Source of the DNA: Lama glama
Taxonomy: Eukaryota
Direction: 5' to 3'
Length of the DNA: 64,000 nucleotides
NCBI GenBank assembly: GCA_028534125.1
Contig: CM052832.1
Span: 8,372,001 to 8,436,000 of the forward strand
Part shown: piece by piece, positions 34,001 to 45,640 of the stretch
Numbering within the stretch: the stretch's first letter is position 1
How the letters are laid out: each line of letters starts with the position of its first letter
The notes under the pieces: generated by a model
The model's input: the letters and a program-made list of their open reading frames with translations, nothing else
The model's database searches: none
What the model was told of the DNA's origin: nothing
Made by a program: the position numbers and the translations under genes

Positions 34001-36070
34001 ATCTGCATGTTCTCAGCAATCAAATCAGTCCTCCCCCAACGCCTATGGTGGGGGCAGGGGGGTGGCGAGTGCTGAGTCAGGATATTCCTCACATTCCCTC
34101 TCATCTCCTGCTGGCCCGAATGCCGCAATCCCTGCCTCTGAGTGACTGGCCTCAGCTGAGTGGCTGCTCCCCAACCCTGACCCCAGCCCAAGACCGGCTC
34201 TCCTCCCTCACACCCCGAGGGGGAGGCCGCAGGAGAAAGGTCAGGCTGCCTACTCTTTGGGACCCTGCTGGAGGAGGCTGGGGGCCACAGAGTCTCCTGC
34301 TGTCCCCATTTCCCTCCTCCTCAACACCCCCTCCATCTCCCCACCCAGCCCCACTGACAGAATCTGCTGCCATGATCAGGAAAGGACAGCGAATTATGGA
34401 GGAGCAAGACCCCCCCATAATGCACACAGCCCATGGGGCACCACACAGGGCATTGTTCCCTTTTGAGTGCAATGTCAGGAGGGCCTCCGGTGTGCAGAGG
34501 CAGCCCAGAGGGAGGCTTCCAACCCCAGGGAGCCTGCAGTCTGAAGGGAAGCCCTATCTGTCCTCAGAGAGTCGGGAGTCTGATGAGGGAGACCCCCCCC
34601 CAAGACTGTGGGCAATGGAGGAAGGAGGTCATACTCTCTTGTTAACATATACTAACATATAAATTAACATAAATAAAACCTCAGAAGTTCAAGGACAAAG
34701 CTCTGTGAGTGAGCCTGGAATGGGTAGGAAGCGCAGGAATAATCAGCAGGTAACAAACAAACAAACAAACAAACTGGTCTAAGAAGGAAGGAAGTCTTCC
34801 TGGAGGAGGAGACCTTGGGGATAGAAAACATTTCTGGATGCTCAGAAGTCAACAAGGAGGGCAAGGGGAGTGGGAAGGCCCAGGACAGAGAGAAGTTCTC
34901 CCTAAGGCATTAGGGCCTGGGAATGGGCACTGGACAGAGAACATGATCCCAGGCTCCATTCTGGGTGGCAGTGGCCAAGGTCCTGTCCTTCTCAGGCCAC
35001 AGATGCCTCCTCAGCAAAACGTGGGGCTTGGCCACAAGCTCCTAGGGCGCCTCCAGCAGGATGTGCGTTGGGGCCCCCGCTCAGCTCAGTGCTCTGCTGT
35101 CAAACAAGGACCTGCATTTTCATTTTCCCTGGGCTCACAGATTATATTTCTGGTCTTGCCCTCCAGCCCAGAAAGTCTATTTTCCTCACTGTGTCTTCTT
35201 CTCTGGAGAAGCCCTAGTAGGGAGGAAAGCAAGAGGGTGACCTGAAGGGCTTGGCTCCCCCTCCTCAGGCTCCTTAGCTCATAAGGCTTCATGCAGGGAG
35301 GAAGTGGGTCCCCCCAGGCTGCGGCCTGAGTCCCAGCTCCCGGCACAGGCAGTCCCTGGCCTGACCCTTGGCAGCTCACAGCAGCCCACTCAGCCCACAA
35401 ATGGCCTTGTCCCTCAGAGGGCCCACAGGATCATTTCACAATGTGTGTGCTTGACGGAGCCTGTTCTTGGAAAGCTGGGGACGGGACAGCTCAGTCCTGG
35501 GTGTGGGGAAGGCCTCGGCCCCTGGGGTCTGCACTTCATCAATAAACAACCAAGGATCCGCTTGGGTAGTAGGGGCAGTGGGGACGGGGTTTAGCCAGTG
35601 CTCTGTGGCTGGGGGGAGACAAAGGTCCCCCCAGAAGCTTACCACACAGCCTTCCCTGCTCAAGGGGAATACCCCCATCAGGTGAGGGGCACAGGAGGAG
35701 ACTGGGATTTGAGGATGTGAGGCGTGAGGAATGGGGGGTGGGAGGGGAGGACGGTCTAGCCCAGTAGGCTGAGAGGGCTCTGAGGGCAGGACCTGTCTCA
35801 GTACCTGGTTCCCATGAGCACGCCGTATGGGTTTGGGAGGTGAGAACTCAGAATTAGAGTCAGGGGCACTAGGTGCCTTATCTTTGCACAGCTGGCATCT
35901 GGCACCTGAGCTGGGACACAGAAGAGAAGCCCAGACCACAGGAGTGTTCTATGTGCAGGGTACAGACTATGTCCTGAGTCCACTAAGAAATAGGGTGTGG
36001 AAGCAGAGCTGGGGACAGATATTCTCAGAGAAGGCTTCCTGGAGAAGGGGCTTGAAACAAACCCCTTGAG

Positions 36071-36238
36071 GAGGGGAGGGTACAGCTCAAGTGGGAGAGC
36101 GCATGCTTATCATGCACAAGGTCCTGGGTTCAATCCCTAGTACCTCCTCTAAAAATAAATAAACTTAATTACCTCCCCTGAACCATAATAAAATTACAAT
36201 AAAATATAAAAAATAAATAAGTAAAAATTTTAAAAAAA
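36071..36238 (+). mobile_element. tRNA-derived SINE, camelid Vic-1-like
   Basis: ggggagggtacagctcaagtgg A-box region, ggttcaatcc B box, A-rich tail, degenerate TSD gaaacaaaccccttga / gaaataaacctctttga. Confidence 0.85.
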
Positions 36239-37039
36239 GAAATAAACCTCTTTGAAACTAGAGAAAAAGAATGAGGCTTTGCACAGAACAAGGCTGAGGG
36301 TGTGGCTGAGGGTGTTCTGGCAGAGAGAACAGCCTCTCCAAAGACCCTGGAAAATGAAAATCCCCTCCCCTGTTGGGTGAGAGAAGGGGAGGAGTTGGGC
36401 TGATCCATGGAAAAAAAGCCCCTGACGATGGGTCAGGGACAATCCTCCTTTGATGTGCCAGTTTGAATAACTGAGGCCTGGATGCTTCTAACAGGCAGGG
36501 GCCAGCCTGGCTGTGTGGGGGCTGCTGGAGGAGGAGCCTTAGCACGCAGCTGTCATAGCGCAGGTTCTCAGTAAATGTCTTAATGAAGAGTTGATTGACT
36601 GACTAATTGATTGATAAGGGTAATGAGTCAGGGGTGGTGCTTTTCTGAGAGACCCACACATGTGGCCTCTGGGCTCAGCCCCCTTCTGATGCCTCCATGG
36701 GGATTACAAGAGCACTGAAGATTTTACCCATGGATGAGCCCCCTCCGGGCTAACTCCTCGACTCTTCTGGCTCCTCTGCTTCTAGCCGCTGTGTTCTCAG
36801 AGACCTGAGCCTGTAGAACGATGCAAAATTAGCAAAAAGGACTTTCACATACATGTAAAATTCATGGACACATAATAGCAACAGCAATAATAATTAACAT
36901 TTAGTTGTCATTTACCACGTACCAGGCACTGTGCCGACTGCTTTACACATCTGATCTCGTAAACCTCAGAGCAACCCTTCAAGTAAACACTACTACTAGA
37001 TGCAGAAAAAATGTGTGTCCTAGAGACATGTTTTTAACT

Positions 37040-37202
37040 TTATTTTGGTTCTCTGACACACATTTTTCGCATTTTAACATCTCTGAAATCAGGATGTGCC
37101 TTGCAATCAATGACAAGAAGTCACTGTGTCACAGTTTAATTAGCAGTGTTCTTTCTTCTTAATGGTACGTAATTTGTTTGTCTTGCTTTTGATGAAATAT
37201 AG
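37040..37202. mobile_element. TcMar DNA transposon relic, MER104-like
   Basis: cattttaacatctctgaaatcaggatgtgccttgcaatcaatg...gatgaaatatag. Confidence 0.6.
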
Positions 37203-39939
37203 TCAATTACGTCCATGGTCTACATAACTGATCGCCTGCCCCTTCAATCAACAACAGATGACAGACAGTGCATGTTTCTCTGTTTCCAAGTCTGTTTTCT
37301 AAGGGTGGAGGTTGTGTCTTATCAGCCTGGGAGCTGCCTGAGGACAGGCTGTCTTCTCTCCCCAGAGCTCCCAGCAGCCCCCAACCCAGCACCTAGGGAG
37401 GCCTGCTAGACACGGGGAAGTAAATGCGCACAGAGAAACTTGGACCTCCCAACCAAGCCCCTTTTAGTCAGCATAGAAAGAAGAGCCCTAGGAAGCTGAT
37501 CCCAGCAGGCCCTCTGAGGAATGGAGGTGAAAGGGAAGGAACAGGATTGCTCCACGCTTCTCCAGGAAGCTCTGGGCCAATAGAAACAACGCTGGCCGGC
37601 ACTAGGCCATCCAGACCAGGAGCCAGTTGCAAGCGCTGGCCCCATCCTCCTGCAACACTTACCTGCCAAAGTGTGTTCCCCTTGGCCCTCATGGGAGCCA
37701 GGGGCCCTCAGGCCCCAGAAGGGGAGGCAAAAGCAAGTAAAGGAGGTACCAGCACCATTGGAGAGCCGAGGAAACTGAGGCTGAAGGGCCCCAGCCTGGC
37801 TCTGCTCCAGCGGAGGTGCTGAGCTGGGTGCCCCTCAGCGGGGGATCTCCAGGAGGCAAGGGGTGAGGGAAAGGGAGAAGTGTCTCTTGCCAGGGACTCT
37901 CCTACTTGGTCAGAACATTGCCACCACCTCCTCTTTCCCTCTCTTCCCAGGGCTCCTCCTCTTAAAGGCCTGTCTTCTCCCTCCTCCACTTCCCAGAAGC
38001 TCCATCCTGGGATCCTGGTGGCCCCCAGATGCCCACTGACCACTTGGTCAGGTGCCCAAGCCCAGCCCAGTTGGTGGGGGAGGGGGAAGGGGACAGAGAA
38101 ACCATTAGTTGTCCCCTCCCCGCCAGACCTGGGGGTGGAGGCCTCTGAATCTGCAGTGGAGCTGGAGGATTAGGGTCTTTAATGAGGACCAGGGACTTAC
38201 AGGGTTACGGAAGGGGGCTTTCATCCCGGCTCAGATGGGGGAGGGGTGGCCAGGGTCCCATGCTGGGCTTCCCAAGGCCCCTCTCTCAGCACCTCCTCCT
38301 CACTCCCACTGATGGATCCTGCTGGGGCGTAGGTGGGAGGCCAAATAATGTCTGTCCCTCCTGTCCATAGCCCACCGGGACTCTGCAGCCCGGGCCTGCC
38401 AGAACCACACATGCTCAGAATCCCCACTCACAGCTGTGGGTCTTAAGGACAAAGTCCGTGTCACCTGCCCGTCATACCACGCATTCCTGCAGGTGGGTTT
38501 CAGAGGCTCCTTCCCTTCTTTCTATGGTCTGTGGACACTGTAAATGACTTCTAGCAAAGGGGCAGGGGTGTGAGGTGTGTAGGCTCAGGGACCCAACTGC
38601 GACTACTGCCTTGGGTGACACTGAGCTGAGCCCCATGTGCAAGTGGATGTGGTGAAAGGGGAGCAGGTGGGGGGTTAGGGCAGGGACTGAGCACTCAGGC
38701 CCCAAGGCTGAAGCTGGGACTGGGGAACAGAGGCTAGGATCCCTGGGACCTGAGTGCATAACGACCCCCTTTCTCAGGGAGAAGTTGGCCCCAGGGGATG
38801 GAGAAGGCAAGGCCCACTTACAGGGGCTGCATCCCAGGGAGAGAATCTCAAAGGCTCTTAGGGATGGGAGAAGCCTTGGAGATCAGCACACACCACTGCT
38901 TTTCTTACAGCCTGGGAGCCTCAAACCCAGAAAGGGCAAAGGGCTAGTCCACGGTCCCACAGGGAGTTAGGAGTGCACTGGGACTCAACCCAGTGCTTCC
39001 ACCTCCCAGCCTAGTACAACCAACCCATGCTAATACTAAGAACTAGGACTAAAAACGCTAAGAATTGGAAAGGTATTGACTCACCTAATTCCTCTTATAA
39101 AGGAACTGAGGCTCGAAGAAACCAAGTAACTGGCTCAAAATCACAAGAGCCAGGAGTCTGGCTCTGGTGCTGGTAAATGTCTAGTTCACAAGCATCTCCC
39201 CAGGTCACTTCTTGAATATGAAGCCTGAATCTTGAAGTTGAAGCTGAGTGTCTCTGGGGATGCAGGGGTGCAAGAACTGGGGGCTGACCCAGGAGGTGTG
39301 GGGTCTCCACCTAGCTGGTCCCTACCCTGCTAGGACCATCCCAGTCCTCACCTGGAAGACTCAGCATGCAGGGAGGCCAGGCGGCCCTGAGCCCAACCTG
39401 CTCAGTGTTTCTTTAGTGCCAGCTCAGCCAGGCCCTCCCAGCATACAGGGCCACATTGTGGGGAGAGCTGCCCCTCACAGTGATCAGCTAAGCCTGGGCT
39501 CTGCTGGGCCCCCATCCCCTCCACCCTATCCCAGCCCACCCCACAGTGATTCTAGGAGACACCGGATAGCAAGAAGAAGGGGACTCTAGAACAGTAACCT
39601 AGGCACAGCACCAAGTGCTATATGGGACAGACCTTTTCACCAGTCTATCTCCACCCCCTAGCACGGTGCCTGAGTTTTTAAAATACTCAGTAACTGCTAC
39701 ATGAATGACTGAGAAACACAAATCAATAAGGTGTGGACCTGCCCTCCAAGAGGTGACAACCTGATGGAGGAGTCAGTTACTAATTATAACATGAGGCAAA
39801 CAAAATACAGTAGGAGCTCAGTGGAGGGAGAGGTTGATTCCAACTTTAGGACCAGGAAAGTCTTCATGGAAGAGACGGTGTTTGGGCTATGTAATAATAA
39901 CAATAATCGTAATGATGATGATGATGGCTTTTATAGTTA

Positions 39940-40140
39940 TTGGATTTGTCCGGCACACTTCTCAGTGTTTTTATGCATTAACTTATTTATTCTTCATACT
40001 ACCACCAGATGTAGATACTATTAACATATCCATTTTACAAATGATGAAACTGAGGCTCAGACAAAGTAACTTGCCATAAGTCACATAGCAGGAATAAATG
40101 AGCAGAGCCACGATTTGAGACCAATTCTGACTCAAAGGGA
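39940..40140 (-). mobile_element. MIR SINE
   Basis: ccattttacaaatgatgaaactgaggctcaga. Confidence 0.8.
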
Positions 40141-40532
40141 TGCATGGATTTTTCCATTGGTCCATTTGACATTCATTCAACAATTATTTACTGAACTATT
40201 GCTCTGTACCAGGCAGTCAGAGGTTAATTGACCATTGAAGTGACCCCTATAGGTGACTCAGCAGGACTATAAATAACCTTAACATTAAACAGGAAGTGAT
40301 TTGGCTTATGAAAGATGTACAGACAGAGGATGGAGAAAGTGCAAGGCAAGAGTGACAGAGAATTCATGGAGGAGGTGGCCTGTGAGCTCAACTTTGAAGA
40401 GTGGATAGGATTTGGACACCCAGAGGCAGCAATGGGGCATTCTAGGCCAAGGGAACAGTTTAAGCAGAGGCACAGAGGCAGGAACGGGAGGGGTCTATAC
40501 AAGAAACAGCGAAAGGTACAATTTGACCAGAT

Positions 40533-40625
40533 AGAGAGGTTCCAAACTGGCACCCATGGGCCACATCCGGCCCTAAGACGTGTTCTGTCTGGCCCACCCG
40601 CACTGGCCTGCACAGCGTCCTTGAA
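40533..40625 (+). mobile_element. hAT-Charlie relic, MER102-like 5' end
   Basis: agaggttccaaactggcacccatgggccacatccggccc...gtgttctgtctggccc. Confidence 0.5.
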
Positions 40626-41006
40626 AAAGGTGCAGTCCATCGCCAGAGCCAAAAGGTAAACAGTGAGGTTGGGGGTGGAGGAAGGCTTTGCAGTCTTAAA
40701 TTCCAGAAATGCAACAACCATTGAGAAGCTGAGTAGCACACCCCCCCTTCAGTCCATTCCACTTCCCTTGTCCCCAGTTACCTGTCTGGCCCCTGTAGGC
40801 ATCTGAGGACCTGGATGAGAGCCCAGGGCACTGAAGGGAGCAGCAGTGGATAACCACGGGAAGGTACCTTGAGGTCTAGACACAAAGGGCCTTGAATATC
40901 AGGCTAAGGAGAACATGGGCTTTATGTCGGCAATAGCTGTGTAATTACAGCCCATCCACCACCAGCAGCTGGGTGAGAAGGGCGTGCATGCAAGTCCACG
41001 TGTGCT

Positions 41007-41034
41007 CACACACACACACACACACACACACACA
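41007..41034. repeat. (CA)14 microsatellite
   Basis: Direct reading. Confidence 0.95.
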
Positions 41035-41711
41035 TTGGGGCTGGGGACAGTCTGGTGTCAATTGAACCTGGGAAGCCCCAGGAGAAACCTTTACAAACAT
41101 TGTCCCGGCTGCAGCCTCAGATTTCACAGCCCTGCTGCCCCCACACCCAGCCCCGAAGTTGTCCCAGCTGTGCCCACACCAGCCCTGCCTCAGCAAGCTT
41201 CTCTATTCTTTATGCAGAAGGGAGTCCCAGAGGTGTCTCCTGACCCCAGAAGCTCCCCAACCCCCAGTGTAGAGCTGGCTGGCCAGAGTGAGAATTCCGA
41301 ACAGGATTTAGGACTGGAATTTCCCTCCGTGTGGGCGGGGCTGATCAGGTGAGCTGTGTTACAGGGCTGGGGGCTGAGTGGAAAAATTTGGTCTGTCCCA
41401 GCCCCTTCCCCCAGTGACTCAGAGCCTGGGTGGTGGTGAGTCTGGGGAGGGGACAAGACAGGAACCCACAGAAAAATTTTCCCTTGTCTCTGGCTCTGCC
41501 ACTGCCCAGTTCCCCTCCCCCATTCCACACACACCCTGCTTGCTGCTCACCACAGCCACTGTCTGTACCTGTGGCCACAGTCACAGAGCCAGCACATCCC
41601 GGGGCCTTCCCAGCCTGGCTGGGAGCAGAGTGACCAGCCTACCGGAACTTGGGCCTATCCCACTTCTGGACAGCCTGGGGAAACAGGTGTCCCCACAGTG
41701 GATGTAAGGGT

Positions 41712-41885
41712 AGGCTTGCCAGATTTTGTAAGTAAAAATACAGGACATTCAATGTCCCATGCAATATTTGAGATGTACTGAAAAATTATTTGTTATTTAT
41801 GCTCTCTTTTTTACGCAGAAGGGAGTCCCAGAGACGAGAACTCTGAAATACAGATTTAACTGGGAATCCTGAATTTTATCTCATG
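41712..41885. mobile_element. MER53-like hAT MITE with internal deletion and a 42-bp foreign insertion
   Basis: aggcttgccagatttt...aaaaatacagga at left and tttaactgggaatcctgaattttatct at right, central atgtcccatgcaatatttg. Confidence 0.75.
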
Positions 41886-44800
41886 ACTTTCTGTGAGAAG
41901 CAGGGCTGAGAATAGGGAATACCCAAGGCACCTCCACCACTCAGGCCCACCCATTGTCCAAGCCTTCCCTGCCCTGCCCATCACCATGAGCCCCTGCTAG
42001 ACCCCTTTGTCCCCTGCTAGACCTTACTATGCCCCCTCCTTCAGTTCCAAGGCCTTTCTCAGACCTTCTAAGTCCCCAAGCACCAGGCTTTTTCTTTCAG
42101 AGAGTCCAGGGACCTCAACCCCATGTCAGACAGGGAGCCAGCAAGAATGTAGGGGGTAGTTTTCTGGGCATGATTATGTCCAGGGATGCCTCACCTCCAC
42201 AGCATTCAGCTTGAAGCTAGAAGGATTGTGGGGAGGGGGAGGTCTGTAGTCCAGGGGTCCTCTCAGATATCCTGCCTTCCTCCCTCATCTGAGTTTCTAC
42301 CCCATCTCTGCCTCACCCAGGGTCTGGTTGAAACAGTGTTTCTCTTTCCCTGTCTTCTTCTGGACCCCACACTCCTTGTAGTAGTCCCATCACTGCAGTA
42401 TTCAAGCCCAGGCCAGGGGCTTTGTCCAGGGAATGGGGCAGCAAGCAGGGACTGGATTCCACCAGCATCCCTGCCTGCACAGAATAAGCACCTGCAATGT
42501 GCAGACACCTCACTAGGCCCCAGGACAGCAGTGGCCAAGGTCCCCAAGGCAGCCTGCTGGGAGACAGAGGACGTTCACCTGGCAGTGAGGGAGGGGCAGA
42601 GAGAGACGAGAGAAGGACAGAGGACATGGCTGCCTTTGGGGATTGTCGGGAAGGCCTTGTAGGTTTTATGAGACAGACACACCTATGCAACCATGTGTCT
42701 AGACTGTGGCTGTGGGGGTCTCCTCCCCTCCTCCTCAGGTTTAAATTGGGCCGCTGTCTGCCCCAGCCTGGCCTGTAAGGACTGGCTGGCTCTGATAGTA
42801 AGCTCCCTGAGGGCAGGGCCATGCTGCTGTGTCAGATGTTCTCTGGATGTTTTGATTCAGGATAGGCTGATAATATTTTTTTTTTTTTTTGGCAGCAGCT
42901 GCCTCAGACCATGGGGTGAGGAATGGGTAGATGCTGAAGGACCATCTTGTCCCACAGACCCACCCTCGCCTTTCTGGTGGGGAGATTCCCACACCCACCT
43001 GCAGCACAATGAGGGCAGGGCAGGGACCCATTGTCCAGACGGAAAAGCCAAGTCCCAGTGACTCACCTACACTCATGCAGCCCTTGGGAGGAGGGTGGAG
43101 CCGGGAGAAAAGCCCAGGGTTCCAGAGCACAGTCCAGGGCTCCTACCGCCTCCCACTCCCTACCTACCCACAACTTTGGGGATGCCGGTCGGAAGGGAGA
43201 ACGTTGACTGTTATCATAGTGAGGCCCTCTCACTCCTTCAAGCAGGACAATCAGAAGTCAGAAGGAGAAGAGAAGCATTTCTCTGAACTTTGGGACCCCT
43301 GCACAATCCATCCTAGGTCCTGACCCTCAGAGGGGCTGGGGCAGGGCAGTGCTGCAGTCTAGATCCCCAGATGCCTCATCGTAAGTTTGGCTGAGCTGGC
43401 CTTCCCCCGCCCACCCCATTTGGGATCCTGACTCCAGAGCCCCAAGGGTTCTGCCCAGGTCATTGCTTCCACATCCATGCATCCCCTCCCCATACTTTGG
43501 ACTTGCCTTGAACGATCTTCTCCTAGCAGAAGTCGACCATCAGGCATCCATCAGTCTCTAGGCTGGATAGTCCAGTGAGCAGACCACTGGGGTGTGAACC
43601 CAGCAGAACCAATCTGGCCACTGCCCAAACCAGGCATTCCCCATACAATCGCCTCCGGTCCCTAAGTCAGCAGAGAGTTGTGTTGTTGAAGACAGAGGCT
43701 GAACCTGCTGGAAGGGACCCCTTCCCTCACCCCACCCCCAGCCATCGCCACCAGCAAACCTGGGCAACTCAACAGGGAGAAAAAGGAGAGGAAGAGGAGA
43801 GACTGAGCAGCCGCGCAGTATCAGAGGGAGAAGGGCGTCAGGAAACACCCCCTCCCCACTGGCAGTCCCTCAACACACAGATAGGGAAATTGAGGATGCG
43901 GGAGAAGGCAAAGAAAAGTGGGCATCTAAAGCTCTGGGTTCTAGAACTGGCTCAGGCACTGTGTGACCCTGGGCAAGTGCCTTCCCCACTCTGTGCTCTG
44001 GGGTCTCCCCAACCCCTGCCTTGCTGTTCCAGGGTTCTGGTTGAGGCATCTTGCCTGAGGAATTCGGGCCCAACCACAGTCAGCCTGCCTGTGGACTCCT
44101 CTCCTGACTACCCCTCTATCCCCTACCCCAGCAGGGTCCTGGGGACTTTAGGCAGATGGGGTGGAGGGAGGGGAGGAGGTGGGTATCACCCCAGGGAGGG
44201 GCAGCAGGGAAGGGAAACTGAGTGTGTCCCTGGCTTGCCCCAGCCTGTCCCACACATCCGGGGAAGGGTGAGGGTGACTGTCAGCTGGGGAAGGGGGGAG
44301 AGAGGGACAGGCTGGGGAGGGGCAGGGAACCCCTGTCTGGACTTGTTGGGGCAGCCAGGGTGCAGCTGTTTCCGGCTGATGAAAGGGCCCTGATTGATAT
44401 GGCAGCAGTGACTGGCTCTAACCCCCAAATCTGAGCCCTTCCCATCCTCCCCAACCTGGGCACACCCAGGGGGTGGCTTTAAGGACAGGCAAAAGCCAGG
44501 GAGAAGAGTGGGGCTTCTGCTGCCACTGGGGACAACACCCCCAAGAACCAGGAAAGGGAAACTTATCTAATCTTCCTACCCCAGCCCAGCAGGGCCAGGG
44601 AGGTGGACTAAGCTAGGGTCCAGAAGGACAGGCAAGGGAAGAGGGACAAAGTCAGGAAGGACCTGGTAAGCAGGGGGAACAGCACAAGAAAAGCAAAGAG
44701 GCATGAAAACCATGCTCTGTTACAGGAACTGCCAGCCATATGGCCTGGCTGGAGGGCACTGGGAATGGCTAGAAAAGAAGTGTTCCCAGGGACCACATTA

Positions 44801-45439
44801 CCAAGGGCCTCTCATTTCATTTAAAAAAAAAAAAAGTATACGGCATGAGAGCAGGAGATAACAAGTTTTGATTTACATACTAAACAAATTAGTTAATGGA
44901 AATGAGAAAGAGTCCAGAGGCTGGAAGGCCAGAGGGGAGGCTGTTGCAATATTTAAGGAAAAAGAGGATGGGTCTGGAGCTAAGTTGAGGTTTAGAGAGT
45001 AGAGAATAAAAATGGAAATACAAGATAGGTGAAGGCCAAATCGGACAATTATCCGTGAATGGGAAGTCGACTTCTCTGTCTCACTAGGGTCTCCAACGCT
45101 GTAGCCTAGCCTGGCATGTTAGTGGCAGGAGACCAGGTCTAGAGATGACTGTGATCGCTATCATAATCACGATCATAACCATAATGAAGATGATGCTGAC
45201 TCATGAGGAGGAGGAGGAAAATCCCATTAAAAGAGCCCTGTAGCCCCCTCACAGCTGGCAAGGTCCTCTGACTTCTGTCTCCCGGCACATCACAAGGTAT
45301 GTTCTCACTCTACAGAGGAAGAGACTGAGGCCTGGAGAAATGATGCAACCAGAGCAAGACCCAGAGAGCATCATTTATTAGGCACAAGGGTGGGCAGCAC
45401 TGCTGTCCCGCACAGAGCCTGAGCCAAGACTGTGTGTTC

Positions 45440-45640
45440 ACTTTCCAGCTGTATGACCTTTAACATTCACATAACTTCTCTGTGCCTCTGCTTCCTGCTC
45501 TGTAAAGTGGGGGAAATAGTACACAACCCCACATGGTCACTGAAAGAATTCAATTACTTAACACATAAAGAGCTTAGAGCCTGGCACATAGTAAGTGTTC
45601 AGTGAAGATGCGCTCTTATTATTTTTTATAGTTATTATTA
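45440..45640 (+). mobile_element. MIR SINE
   Basis: aacttctctgtgcctctgcttcctgctctgtaaagtggg...cctggcacatagtaagtgttcagt. Confidence 0.7.

Noticed and set aside
36073..36145. tRNA-like sequence (also at 52437 and 60570)
   Set aside because: A-rich tail and TSDs, no proper acceptor stem: SINE heads rather than tRNA genes.
43575..44393. 272-aa ORF; similarly 55584-56342 and 23866-24609
   Set aside because: No domain similarity, low complexity, no coherent exon structure.
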